Assembly (NCBI GenBank): GCA_964016885.1
Contig: CAXHJY010000518.1
Span: forward strand, 1 to 64,000
DNA: 64,000 bases
Reading direction: 5' to 3'
Source of the DNA: Eledone cirrhosa
Lineage: Eukaryota
Below are positions 14,960 through 27,700 of the stretch, in pieces (the first letter of the stretch is position 1; each line of letters opens with the position of its first letter). Both the position numbers and the translations under genes were made by a program. The notes below the pieces were generated by a model. It did no database searches. It worked only from the letters and a program-made list of their open reading frames with translations, and was not told the DNA's origin.

Positions 14960-15086
14960 ATATATATGTATGTATATATATATGTATGTATGTATATATG
15001 TATATATGTATGTATATATGTATATATGTATGTATATATATATGTATGTATATATGTATGTATATATATATGTATGTATGTATATA

Positions 15087-15166
<80 letters not shown>

Positions 15167-15185
15167 TATGTATGTATGTATGTAT

Positions 15186-15219
<34 letters not shown>

Positions 15220-15224
15220 GTATG

Positions 15225-15260
<36 letters not shown>

Positions 15261-15286
15261 TAGGTATGTATATATATATATGTATG

Positions 15287-15319
<33 letters not shown>

Positions 15320-15390
15320 ATACATATATATATGTATGTATATATATATATATATATATGTATGTATATATATATATATATATATGTATG

Positions 15391-15423
<33 letters not shown>

Positions 15424-15554
15424 ATATATATATGTATATATATATATATGTGTGTATGTATATATATATATATGTATGTATATATATATATGTATATATA
15501 TATATATGTATGTATGTATATATATATATATGTATGTATATATATATATGTATG

Positions 15555-15585
<31 letters not shown>

Positions 15586-15647
15586 ATATATATATGTATG
15601 TATGTATATATATATATATATATATATACATACATACATATATATAT

Positions 15648-15678
<31 letters not shown>

Positions 15679-15809
15679 CATACATATATATATATACATA
15701 CATATATATATATATACATACATACATATATATATATATACATATATATATATACATACATATATATATATATACATACACACATATATATATATATACA
15801 TATATATAT

Positions 15810-15842
<33 letters not shown>

Positions 15843-15913
15843 CATACATATATATATATATATATATACATACATATATATATATATATATATACATACA
15901 TATATATATGTAT

Positions 15914-15946
<33 letters not shown>

Positions 15947-15972
15947 CATACATATATATATATACATACCTA

Positions 15973-16008
<36 letters not shown>

Positions 16009-16013
16009 CATAC

Positions 16014-16047
<34 letters not shown>

Positions 16048-16066
16048 ATACATACATACATACATA

Positions 16067-16146
<80 letters not shown>

Positions 16147-16273
16147 TATATACATACATACATATATATATACATACATATATACATACATATATATATA
16201 CATACATATATACATATATACATACATATATACATATATACATACATACATATATATATACATACATATATAT

Positions 16274-16314
<41 letters not shown>

Positions 16315-16354
16315 TATATACATACATACATATATATATATATACATACATATA

Positions 16355-16386
<32 letters not shown>

Positions 16387-16399
16387 CATACATATATAT

Positions 16400-16441
<42 letters not shown>

Positions 16442-16475
16442 GCATATATATACATATACATATATATATATATAT
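14533..16475. repeat. Compound TA array containing a ~1.7-kb palindrome centred at 15616/15617
   Basis: The unique marker gcctg (14790-14794) is mirrored by caggc (16439-16443), and taggta (~15261) by tacct (~15967). The + and - ORF translations in the track are identical over this span. Confidence 0.93.
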
Positions 16476-17779
<1,304 letters not shown>

Positions 17780-18279
17780 AAAAAAAGAAAGGAAAAAAAA
17801 AAAAAAAACTCAAAATAACAAAACACACACACACACACACACACACAACAGAACAACAACATCAACTGCCACCACCGCCACCGCCGTCGCCATCACCATC
17901 ACCAGCGACCTGGCCTTAAGAACAACTTTAATAATAATTTTTCTGCTTTTGGCACGGATCCAGCGACTGGCCAGCGCATCACTGGTACTCTCTTTTGTTG
18001 ACTCCGTGGAGAGCCATAACTCTATGCTGTAAAGCAATTATAGTAATACTGGACTGTAATACGATCGGCTTCAACTATACAAACTCTTGAAAGTCAACAG
18101 TTGACATAATCTGGTAATCTTGTATCAGTAATGACGGTAATATATATATATATATGTGTGTGTGTGCGTGTAAGTGAGTAGAGTAGCGTGTGTGTGTGTT
18201 TGTTGTGTGTGTGAGTGTTGCTGTGTGCACGCATATGTATGCGTGTGTGTGTATGTCGTACGTATAAGTGTCAATAAGT

Positions 18280-18313
<34 letters not shown>

Positions 18314-18614
18314 GCGGGGACATAGAAATAATCGGGCTGGATGCCCGATCGCGCAGTTAAACCACTGGGAGTGAAGAACCCCTAGCCCATGTCAGGGTAT
18401 TCTTCTAGGAGAAGGCATCTCAGGAAACTGGGTTAACTCCGATATAAAACCTGCGGCTCAGTAGTTACCGATGATGTTGATCTTTTCTTCTTTTCGGGTT
18501 ATAGCTACTGTCGCTCAGAGAGTGGGATTGGTTCAGTGCACAGTCTTTCCTCACTTTAAAAATATTCGTCACGCACAGGCATTGCACGAGTGCATTAATA
18601 ATTATTAATAGTGT

Positions 18615-18649
<35 letters not shown>

Positions 18650-18675
18650 TATTATTACTTTTTTTTTTTTTTTCT

Positions 18676-18708
<33 letters not shown>

Positions 18709-18716
18709 CCAATTCA

Positions 18717-21700
18717 ATGATGTTCCAGAACAATGTAAACGAGATAATTGCCAATTTGGGTTCTGGAACAAAAAAGATCATTGGCAATAAGGGCAGGGGC
18801 CCCAAGTTATCACAACCTGGGCCCGCCCGTCATCGTGCCATTGTAATAGAGCCAAACAGGGCATTTAGTCTTGGCTGCTGGAACGTACGGACGCTGCTTG
18901 ACAGGGATTCTTTGGAGCGTCCTGAACGAAGGACCGCTCTTGTTGCGAAGGAGCTTCGACGTTACGATCTTGACATCGTGGCTTTGTCTGAGACGAGGTT
19001 AGCTGGGGATGGTCATCTTACGGAATTTTGTGGAGAATATACATTCTTCTGGAAAGGAAGAGATGAAGGAACCAGAAGAGAGGCTGGGGTAGGATTTGCT
19101 GTTAAGACTGTACTGGTGAATAAATTGGAAGAATTCCCAGTGGGGATTAGTGAGCGTCTTATGTCCATGAGAGTTCCGCTGGACAAGGGAAGATATGCTA
19201 CCCTGGTGAGTGTGTATGCTCCAACTATGAATTCTGTCGATGAAGAAAAACTGTCCTTTTACCATGCCTTGAAAGGTGTTTTAAGAAATATCCCTCAGGC
19301 AGACAAAGTCATCGTGCTTGGTGACTTTAATGCTAGAGTGGGTAGGGATTTTAACACATGGAATGTAATCGGAAGGCATGGGGTGGGAAAGTGTAACAGC
19401 AATGGTATGCTCTTGCTGCAGATGTGTGAGGAGCTGGATCTGTGTGTTACCAACACCATGTTCCAACAAAAGAACAAATTCAAGACCACATGGATGCATC
19501 CTGCATCTAAGGAATGGCATCTTTTGGACTACGTCCTAGTCAGGATGCGTGACAGACAGGATGTGCGGTGTGTTCGTGTTCTTCGTGGAGCTGAGTGCTG
19601 GACGGACCACCGCCTGGTACGCGCAAAAGTGAATCTAATCACCAAACGTAAAATCCGGGCTCCTGGTGTTACCCTGCCCAAAAGATTGAATGCTGCTCGT
19701 CTTAAGGATAAAAATGTGAAGAGGACATTGGAAGAAGAGATGCAGGCTGCAGATCTTGGTGAGGATTGGCCGACCCTTAAAAAGTCGGTTTATGATGTAG
19801 GCAGACGTGTTCTGGGATTGGTGCAGAGAAAACATCAGGACTGGTTTAATGAGAAAGATGTGCATATAGATGACTTGTTGGCTGATAAGAGGCGCGCTCT
19901 GTCACGCTACTTGACGGCAAGACCACAGGAGAGGAATACGTTGCATGAGGAGCTCAGGGATGTAAAATCACGTGTTAGGCGGAGTCTTTCTCAGATGAAG
20001 GATCAGTGGTGGAGTGAGAAGGCTGGTGAGATACAAACTGCGTCTGATTGCAATAACACAAAGCTGTTGTACAGTCTCTTGCGTGAGGTTTATGGACCGT
20101 CTTCTTCTCTGGTGACACCGATTCGCAGCAAGGATGGCAAAGAACTTCTTCGTGACTCACAGGGAATTCTACGAAGGTGGCGGGAGCACTTTGATGATCT
20201 TTTGAATCAGCCGTCTGTCGTCAGTGAAGATTTCCTCAATCTCATTCCGGAAAGTCCTGTGAAAGTAGCTCTCGCAGAGCCTCCGACACTTGTGGAGGTT
20301 GCAGTGGCTATTTCGAAGCTGAACAGTGGAAGATCTCCAGGTATGGATGGCATACATGCTGAGCTCCTACAATATGGTGGTGAGAGACTCCTGCAACATC
20401 TTCACTCTCTGTTTGGAAGGATATGGGCTAATGAATCCGTGCCTGAGGACTGGAGAGATGCAGTAATGGTGGTCTTGTACAAGGGAAAGGGTAACAGGAA
20501 TGATTGTGGGAACTACAGAGGTATATCATTGCTTTCTGTCGTGGGGAAAGTTTTATGTAGGGTGCTTCTGGACCGTCTGCTGACACACATTGCAGATTGT
20601 GTCCTTCCTGAAAGTCAATCTGGTTTTCGTGTTGGACGCGGCACTACTGATATGATCTTCTCAGCTAGACAGCTCCAGGAGAAGTGCATTGAACAGGGCT
20701 TGGATCTGTATCAGGTTTTTGTCGATCTGACAAAGGCTTTCGATACTGTCAACAGAGATGCATTATGGAAGGTTCTCCAGAAACTTGGTTGCCCTGATAA
20801 GTTCCTTGCTTTAGTTAGGTCTTTCCATGACGACATGAAGGCTTGGGTTAATGTCGGAGGTAACATGTCGGAGCCTATCTCAGTAAAAAATGGAGTGAAA
20901 CAGGGGGATATTCCAGCACCGACCCTGTTTGCCATATACTTTGCAATGGTTTTCTGTATTGCATTCAGGAATTGCGAGCATGGTGTTTACATCCGATATC
21001 GAACCTCAGGCAGCATATTTAACATCAGGCGCTTTGCTGCGAAGACAAAAGTATTTACATCAGTCATAAGAGACCTCTTGTATGCAGATGATTGCGATCT
21101 TGTAGCGCACACAGAGAGTGATATGCAGCACATTTTGAATGTATTTTCTGACGCTTGCACTGCCCTGGGTTTGACTGTCAGTCTCAAGAAAACCGTCGTC
21201 ATGTACCAACCTGCACCTGGTAGGCAGTACACTGAACCAAACATCTATGTGTATGGCAAACGACTTGGAGTGGTTGATCAGTTTGTCTACCTGGGAAGCA
21301 CTGTCAATCGATACGGCAACCTTGACAGTGAAATCTCACTTAGGATTAGGAAAGCAAGTGATGCTTTCGGAAAGCTAGAAAGGCGACTCTGGGGTCGGCG
21401 AGACATATGCAGGAGGACAAAGGTAAAGGTGTACAGGGCATGTGTACTCTCTTGTCTTCTTTATGCCTGCGAGACCTGGGTCACATATCGACGCCACCTT
21501 AAGCAATTGGAGCGTTTCCATCAGATGTGTCTCAGACGGATACATGGCGTTCGCTGGAGGGACCACATCAGTGATGTCGAGATTTTGGAAAGCTCTATGT
21601 GTGACAGTATAGAAGCTCTTGTGCTTAAGCAGCGACTCCGTTGGAGTGGTCACCTTGCCAGGATGAAGGATTCTAGAATACCAAAACAACTCTTCTATGG

Positions 21701-22262
21701 AGAGTTGGTTAAAGGAAAACGACCGCCACATAAACCAAAAAAGAGGTATAAGGATTCCTTGAAGGCCTCTCTGAGAGACGCTAACATCTCTGCTGATACA
21801 TGGGAAAATATTGCTGCTGATCGTAATAAATGGAGAAAGACTGTATATGAGGGAAAAGTTGCCTTTGAGGCATCTCGAATCGCACACGAGAAAGTAAAGC
21901 GGGACGTGAGGAAGGGTATTGCTGTTGCACTTCCAGACGGCGAGGGTCCTCCTATGTTTCTGACATGCAGCGTCTGTGCGAGACTCTGCCTAAGCAAAGC
22001 TGGACTCGAAAGTCATCTTCGCAGTCATAAAGTAAGACCAGTGGTTGACTACCAGGCTGCTGTTGGAGATGCTACTCATCATGCTTGCCAAACATGTGGT
22101 AGAGAATGTAAATCAGCAGGAGGACTCAAGCGACATGCAAAAGTACACGAACTCCAACCACAGCCGACTATTCCCAGTAAATGTTTTGGTTGCCGACTCT
22201 GTGCAAGACATTTTGGATCATTGGCTGGGCTAAAAAGCCACATTCGATCGCAGCACTGTTAG
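18717..22262 (+). CDS. RTE LINE polyprotein: APE endonuclease + reverse transcriptase + three C-terminal C2H2 zinc fingers (1181 aa, intact)
   Basis: WNVRTL, RPERRTALVA, ALSETR, GDFNARVG, WHLLDYV, TDHRL, NYRGISLLS, GVKQG, LLYADD, FVYLGS, LRWSGH; three Cx2C-x12-Hx3-4H motifs at the C-terminus. Confidence 0.96.
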   Translation: MMFQNNVNEIIANLGSGTKKIIGNKGRGPKLSQPGPARHRAIVIEPNRAFSLGCWNVRTLLDRDSLERPERRTALVAKELRRYDLDIVALSETRLAGDGHLTEFCGEYTFFWKGRDEGTRREAGVGFAVKTVLVNKLEEFPVGISERLMSMRVPLDKGRYATLVSVYAPTMNSVDEEKLSFYHALKGVLRNIPQADKVIVLGDFNARVGRDFNTWNVIGRHGVGKCNSNGMLLLQMCEELDLCVTNTMFQQKNKFKTTWMHPASKEWHLLDYVLVRMRDRQDVRCVRVLRGAECWTDHRLVRAKVNLITKRKIRAPGVTLPKRLNAARLKDKNVKRTLEEEMQAADLGEDWPTLKKSVYDVGRRVLGLVQRKHQDWFNEKDVHIDDLLADKRRALSRYLTARPQERNTLHEELRDVKSRVRRSLSQMKDQWWSEKAGEIQTASDCNNTKLLYSLLREVYGPSSSLVTPIRSKDGKELLRDSQGILRRWREHFDDLLNQPSVVSEDFLNLIPESPVKVALAEPPTLVEVAVAISKLNSGRSPGMDGIHAELLQYGGERLLQHLHSLFGRIWANESVPEDWRDAVMVVLYKGKGNRNDCGNYRGISLLSVVGKVLCRVLLDRLLTHIADCVLPESQSGFRVGRGTTDMIFSARQLQEKCIEQGLDLYQVFVDLTKAFDTVNRDALWKVLQKLGCPDKFLALVRSFHDDMKAWVNVGGNMSEPISVKNGVKQGDIPAPTLFAIYFAMVFCIAFRNCEHGVYIRYRTSGSIFNIRRFAAKTKVFTSVIRDLLYADDCDLVAHTESDMQHILNVFSDACTALGLTVSLKKTVVMYQPAPGRQYTEPNIYVYGKRLGVVDQFVYLGSTVNRYGNLDSEISLRIRKASDAFGKLERRLWGRRDICRRTKVKVYRACVLSCLLYACETWVTYRRHLKQLERFHQMCLRRIHGVRWRDHISDVEILESSMCDSIEALVLKQRLRWSGHLARMKDSRIPKQLFYGELVKGKRPPHKPKKRYKDSLKASLRDANISADTWENIAADRNKWRKTVYEGKVAFEASRIAHEKVKRDVRKGIAVALPDGEGPPMFLTCSVCARLCLSKAGLESHLRSHKVRPVVDYQAAVGDATHHACQTCGRECKSAGGLKRHAKVHELQPQPTIPSKCFGCRLCARHFGSLAGLKSHIRSQHC

Positions 22263-22270
22263 TTGCTATC

Positions 22271-22310
<40 letters not shown>

Positions 22311-22389
22311 GCTTATGTGCGTGCGTGTGTGTGTATATATATATGAATATGTATATTATTATTGTTGTTGTCGTTATTATTATTATTGC

Positions 22390-22450
<61 letters not shown>

Positions 22451-22663
22451 GAATGCCATGGTTGACGGAGGCTCGGCTCTGTAAGGTATAGTAATTTTTG
22501 ACCGTTAAAACAATTGTAAATTGTTTAAAACTTGAACCAAATTGTTGATAAAGACACCCTCCTCCTCGTGAGAGGGGTCTTTCTGTCCGTTATTTGGCCC
22601 TTCGGGGTTAAATAACCAGTTATTGGGGTTTTGTACCCAAAATTTCATTTTAAACAAAAAAAC

Positions 22664-24757
22664 ATGGCTACCAAAAAGAAATTTCATACGTCACTCCCAC
22701 TCATTCCGTCTTCTTCTTCCTCAATCATCACTACAGCAGAGAGAAGATTGTCTCTCTCCCTCCCTTCTTTAAATGTGTCTCTCTCCCTCCCTTCTCTTTC
22801 GCAAGCGACGAAAGAAAAGAAAAGTCTCGTGCAAAGCGTGCAAGGTTTCTCCACGACGACGACGACAGCGACGAAACAGGTGTGCGGGAAATACGAAAAC
22901 CCAGTTCATTCGTCTGACGTCAGGAATAATAGCAGTAGCAGCCGTAATAACAACAGCAACAGTGACAATGAAAACAACAGTAGCAGCCCCAACAGCATCA
23001 CCAGCAGCATAAACAACAACAGCATTAGCAGCAGCAACACCAACAACAACCACAGCAACAGCGGCGGAGGCAGTAGTCGTAGTACCTGCAGCAACAAAAG
23101 TACCAGCAGCTCTGACGACAACAACAACAGCAGAGAAAAACCAATCTCATTTGCAGGTATTGCGAAAAACTTGGAAACAATCCTCATAACAAATGAGGAA
23201 TTAGAGGAAGCGAAGAAGATGGTGACAAAGAACGGACACCGAGCAATCTGCAAGGCAGCGAAAAATTTTTTCGAAACCCAAGAGCACTGTACGGTCACGT
23301 ACCGTACAGTAAGTACAAAATCCCGTAGGGTGGAAAGAGCCACAGAGGCCCAAATACAAAAAGCCTTGGGGTCTGTGTGGCAGAGGAAAACGCACATCAC
23401 CCGAGGCAAAAAATACGCCACCGTAGACGTACTTTTTGCCACACCCCAGGAGGCAAAGGCCCAATCAGTAGTGACCCTAAGGAGCGAGGAAATGGTGTTG
23501 GTGCCCTCCTACTGCGGGCAAAAAATTGTGAGGGTCAAACTGACCCACGTCCCCCCCGGAATGACCCCTTCTTGGCTGGCCGCGTCTGTCCTCGTCGGAA
23601 TCGAGGACAAAACAACTGTACTGCAAGTACAGAAAAAAGTAAGAGAAGATTGGGTCGGCTCCTCCATTGAGATGCTAATCCAAACCAACCAGGAGTGCAT
23701 CGAAGCTATCCCGGATGTGATAGACTTCGATAACGGCACTCAACTGCCCATAAGTGTTGAGGGCAAACGCCCGAAATGCTTTCGCTGTGGATCGAAGACT
23801 CACCTCAGGGCCTTCTGCAACGAGAAGACCCTGAGAAAGGAGAAAACCCCCCTCCTTCCGAATCCGGCTCCACGGCTACCAGCAACAGGACAAGCGGCAA
23901 CCGGGAACGATAGGTCCGTGGCACCCATACCCACTCCACGGAAATCAAAGACAGCAGCAGCAGTGGAAATATTAACAACAACAACAGCAATACCAAATGC
24001 AGCGGCAACAGAGACTCCAGTGCAAACATCACCAACAACAACAAGTGAAAGAGTGGAGCTGGTACCCCTCCCCGACCTTACAGAATCAGACATGGAGTGT
24101 GAGGTGGGAGAGGGATGGCAAAAGGTCGCAAGAAGGCACAAACGCAGAAGCAGCGCATCGTCGCCTTTGAAAAGGGAGGAAAGAAATGAGAAAAGGGTAA
24201 AGTCTACTGCAAAGAGACCCACAGCAGCAACACCACCAACACCATCACCACCCACACCAGCACCACCATCACCACCGGCGACAACCCCACCGCCAACAAC
24301 ACCTTCAACACCACCACCACAAGCACCAACATCGCAAACACAACAACAAAACACACACACCCAGCAACAACGACAAGAAAATAGCAGAACCACACCGCAC
24401 CCCCAGAAAAACAAATGCACGGCAATAAACACACACAACAAGAAACTAATGACTTACATAATTGAACACACAGACATTTCACAACAGGACTACATAATAC
24501 CAGCACCAATCAAAACGCCAACTAACATAAGACTGCTAAAAATAGCACAGAGACAATACACAAACATTAAAACGAAATTCCCCAACGCAGTTGGTGATTT
24601 CAGGGACCTAGGAGGAACCATCAATCGAAGAGTATATTCAGACATTCTCTTAGAAGAGCCGACGACCAGCCGAAGGGACGATTCAACGGTCCCTTCACCA
24701 GACGATCAAGTGAAAAGGGATGTAAAAACCATCCCTCCTCTACCAAAAGTACGGTAA
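22664..24757 (+). CDS. Tx1 ORF1, gag-like nucleic-acid-binding protein with a CCHC knuckle
   Basis: First ATG at 22664; CFRCGSKTHLRAFC knuckle; GWQKVARR motif; N/S-rich and P/T-rich low-complexity tracts; lies directly upstream of ORF2. Confidence 0.85.
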   Translation: MATKKKFHTSLPLIPSSSSSIITTAERRLSLSLPSLNVSLSLPSLSQATKEKKSLVQSVQGFSTTTTTATKQVCGKYENPVHSSDVRNNSSSSRNNNSNSDNENNSSSPNSITSSINNNSISSSNTNNNHSNSGGGSSRSTCSNKSTSSSDDNNNSREKPISFAGIAKNLETILITNEELEEAKKMVTKNGHRAICKAAKNFFETQEHCTVTYRTVSTKSRRVERATEAQIQKALGSVWQRKTHITRGKKYATVDVLFATPQEAKAQSVVTLRSEEMVLVPSYCGQKIVRVKLTHVPPGMTPSWLAASVLVGIEDKTTVLQVQKKVREDWVGSSIEMLIQTNQECIEAIPDVIDFDNGTQLPISVEGKRPKCFRCGSKTHLRAFCNEKTLRKEKTPLLPNPAPRLPATGQAATGNDRSVAPIPTPRKSKTAAAVEILTTTTAIPNAAATETPVQTSPTTTSERVELVPLPDLTESDMECEVGEGWQKVARRHKRRSSASSPLKREERNEKRVKSTAKRPTAATPPTPSPPTPAPPSPPATTPPPTTPSTPPPQAPTSQTQQQNTHTQQQRQENSRTTPHPQKNKCTAINTHNKKLMTYIIEHTDISQQDYIIPAPIKTPTNIRLLKIAQRQYTNIKTKFPNAVGDFRDLGGTINRRVYSDILLEEPTTSRRDDSTVPSPDDQVKRDVKTIPPLPKVR

Positions 24758-24792
24758 GTGGTCTTTCCCATCTTTTCCACTCTATTTTAAAC

Positions 24793-27700
24793 ATGACCTC
24801 ACTCAGAATAGGCAGCATAAATGCGCGTGGCTTGGGGTCGTCATGGAAGCAGGGTCACCTGCTCAACGACCTCAGGTCACTAAACATAGATGTAGTGGCC
24901 ATCAGCGAGACCAGAATCTCCGAAGCACGGGCCTTCGCACCGATCTTCGGCGGCTACGATGTGTACGCATCTCCCAGCCGTCCTGGATCAGGTGGAGGAG
25001 TTGCTGTGCTTTTTCGGAGAGGTTTGGATCTCGCCATACGGGCCATCTTCCTGGACCCAGAGGGTAAGCTGGTGGTGCTGGACGTGACCAGCGGAGACGG
25101 GCAAGCTTTCAGGCTAGTGGCCGTGTATGCCCCGACAGGAGCAGGGCGGCCTGATTTCTTCCGGCGTCTGGAGACCTTTCTTGGAACGTCCCGCTCTTTA
25201 GTGTTAGTGGGCGACTGGAACGGGATCTTAGATGCACGCTGGGACTGTGTGGGATTAGCGGATAGGGGTGGAGGGTGCAAGAGCCTCACCAACCTGCTCA
25301 GGCGTTTTGAACTGTCTGACAGGTACCGATTGGATTTCCCGAATGTGCCAATGTGGACTTGGACAAACCGCATAGGGTCATCCAGATCATATCTAGATAG
25401 AGTATTTTGTAGGGAAATAGATAGGTCTAGCATAGGCTGTCCACAATTCAAGATAGTCAGCTACACGGACCACAAATTCGTGACCTGTGTGCTTGACTTA
25501 GATAGGCTTCATAGACGAGGACCCGGCTACTGGAAGCTAAACGCGTCCTTACCAGCGCGCAAGGCCTACAGAGACCGGATTAGCGAACTAGTTAAGCGGG
25601 CGTTGACGGGGGCCATCGTCAACAACAAGTGGTGGTTTGCTCTGAAAAGAGCGATTAGAATAGAATCGATTAGGTTTAGTAAGGCTTTAACAATAGAGAA
25701 AAATAGAGCAGAGGGAGAACTAGTTAAAAAATTAGACGAGGCGCTTAGCAAAGGCATCGCGACCGACGTGCTTGCGGCGAAATTGGCCCTTGACCAATTC
25801 TTCAATGCAAAGCACGAAGGCTGCGTTGTCAGAGCTAGGGTGCGTGCTCTCAGACACGAGGGGACGAAAGCCGTTCAATGGGCCCGAGTGGCGGAGGCGC
25901 GTCGTGGCCACAAAGCCACGATCCGGTCTTTGGTGGACCACGACGGGCGCATGCTACTCGATCCCGGACAAATGTGTGAAGCTTTTCAGCGACACTTCGC
26001 TCAGCTGTTCGGGGGCAGCGGGGGGCCGGGTAGAGGGATGGACTTTAGTGTCTACCTCGACGGACTGCCGCGGCTCTCGGCCACTGAGGCGAAGTGTTGC
26101 GAAAAGCCGATAACAGCCGCTGAAGTAAGGGAGGCAATGACTGGCTGCACAAGGGGTAAATCGCCTGGTTTGGATGGTCTGCCCTATGAACTTTACGTAC
26201 AGATGCCAGACTTGTTCGGAGGCCTCTTGGCGGACGTCTACTGCAACTGGCAACAGAACGGGAGAATTCCCAGTTCTGTGAGCCGAGGAGCGGTGGCACT
26301 GCTGAGAAAGGATCCGAACAAGGGGGATAACATAGACAATTTCCGGCCCATAACTCTGCTAAACACAGAGTTTAAGATTTTGGCCAAGGTGCTAGCAAAG
26401 AGGTTGGCGCTTGTCGTTGGTGGTCTGGTGGGAGAGGCGCAGACATGCGCCATTCCCGACAGATCCATCCACGACAACCTCCACCTCATGCGATACATCG
26501 TAGAGAGGGTAGCTAGGGAACCTGGCACGGGTGGGTCCTTGATCAATTTAGATCAGTCGAAAGCTTTCGATAGGGTCGACCATCGTTACCTAGCGGCAGT
26601 CCTGAGGGCGGCTGGCTTTGGGCCCGTCTTCAGAGGCTGGATCGCTGCCATGCACAGCGACATCTGCTCTGTGGTGAGAGTGAACGGTCACCTGTCGGAA
26701 CCGTTCAACATCATGCGCTCGGTCCGCCAAGGATGTCCCCTCTCGTCCCTCTTGTACGTATTGACTCTCGAGCCATTACTGCACAAACTGGAGACGTTGA
26801 GGGGAGTCCCGCGCGAACTAGGATGCGGAAGATCCGTGTCAGCATATGCGGACGATGTCACCGTAGTGGTGTCGAACGCCAAACACATCGAGGCGATCGG
26901 CACTACACTAAGAGAATACGAAGCGGTGACAGGAGCAATGATCAACCAGGAAAAGTCAGTGGGCCTGCAGCTCGGCACCTGGAGAGGCAGGTCCATGCCG
27001 TCCAACAGCGTCGTCGGGCGCTGGACGGACGGACCGGTTAAATTGCTAGGGGTCTGGTTCGGTCCGGACCTCCAGACGGACAAAAACTGGGACGAGGTGA
27101 CGAGCAGGGTGGCTTCTCTCACCCAGAAATGGGCGGAGAGGAAGCTATCCCTGAAAGGTCGAGCGGAGGTGGCTAACGCGTACATCGCGTCTGTCATCTG
27201 CTACCGCCTAACCGTCGTACCTTGTCCTAAGCCTCGCCTGACTGCGCTGGAGCGTTTGCTCTTTCGCTTTTTGTGGAAGGGACGTGCTCCGATGGTCAGG
27301 CGGTCCATCTGTTGTCAACACCCGCTACGTGGAGGGCTGGGCATGCCGTGGCTGATGATGCGCAGGCACGCGCTCAGGCTACGACATCTCCACCTCTTCC
27401 TCGACGGTGATCAGGTGTGGTCGCCGTTTGCTAGACGCGTTTTTCCCCAGCTCGTTTCCTTGACGGAGCTGCAGTCCTGGGTCAAGCGAAGACCGAGAGG
27501 GAGCGCCTGGAGACTGGAATGTCTTCAGGCGCTCACAGCCCTCGACCAATCGGGCAATGTGATCGGTGGAAACTCCACCTCGGCGTTCTATAGAGGATTA
27601 GTGGAGGGGAAGAGCGACGACGTACTTGGGGAAACTCTAGGCGTCGACGAAAATCAACTAGCCAATCTCTTCGGAAGAACTTTCGGGCCAGGGCCTATGG

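Noticed and set aside
17880-18140. Unique island as a possible upstream QRSL1 exon (also 713-845 and 42528-42670)
   Set aside because: No amidase-like translation or convincing splice-site pair was found; left unannotated.
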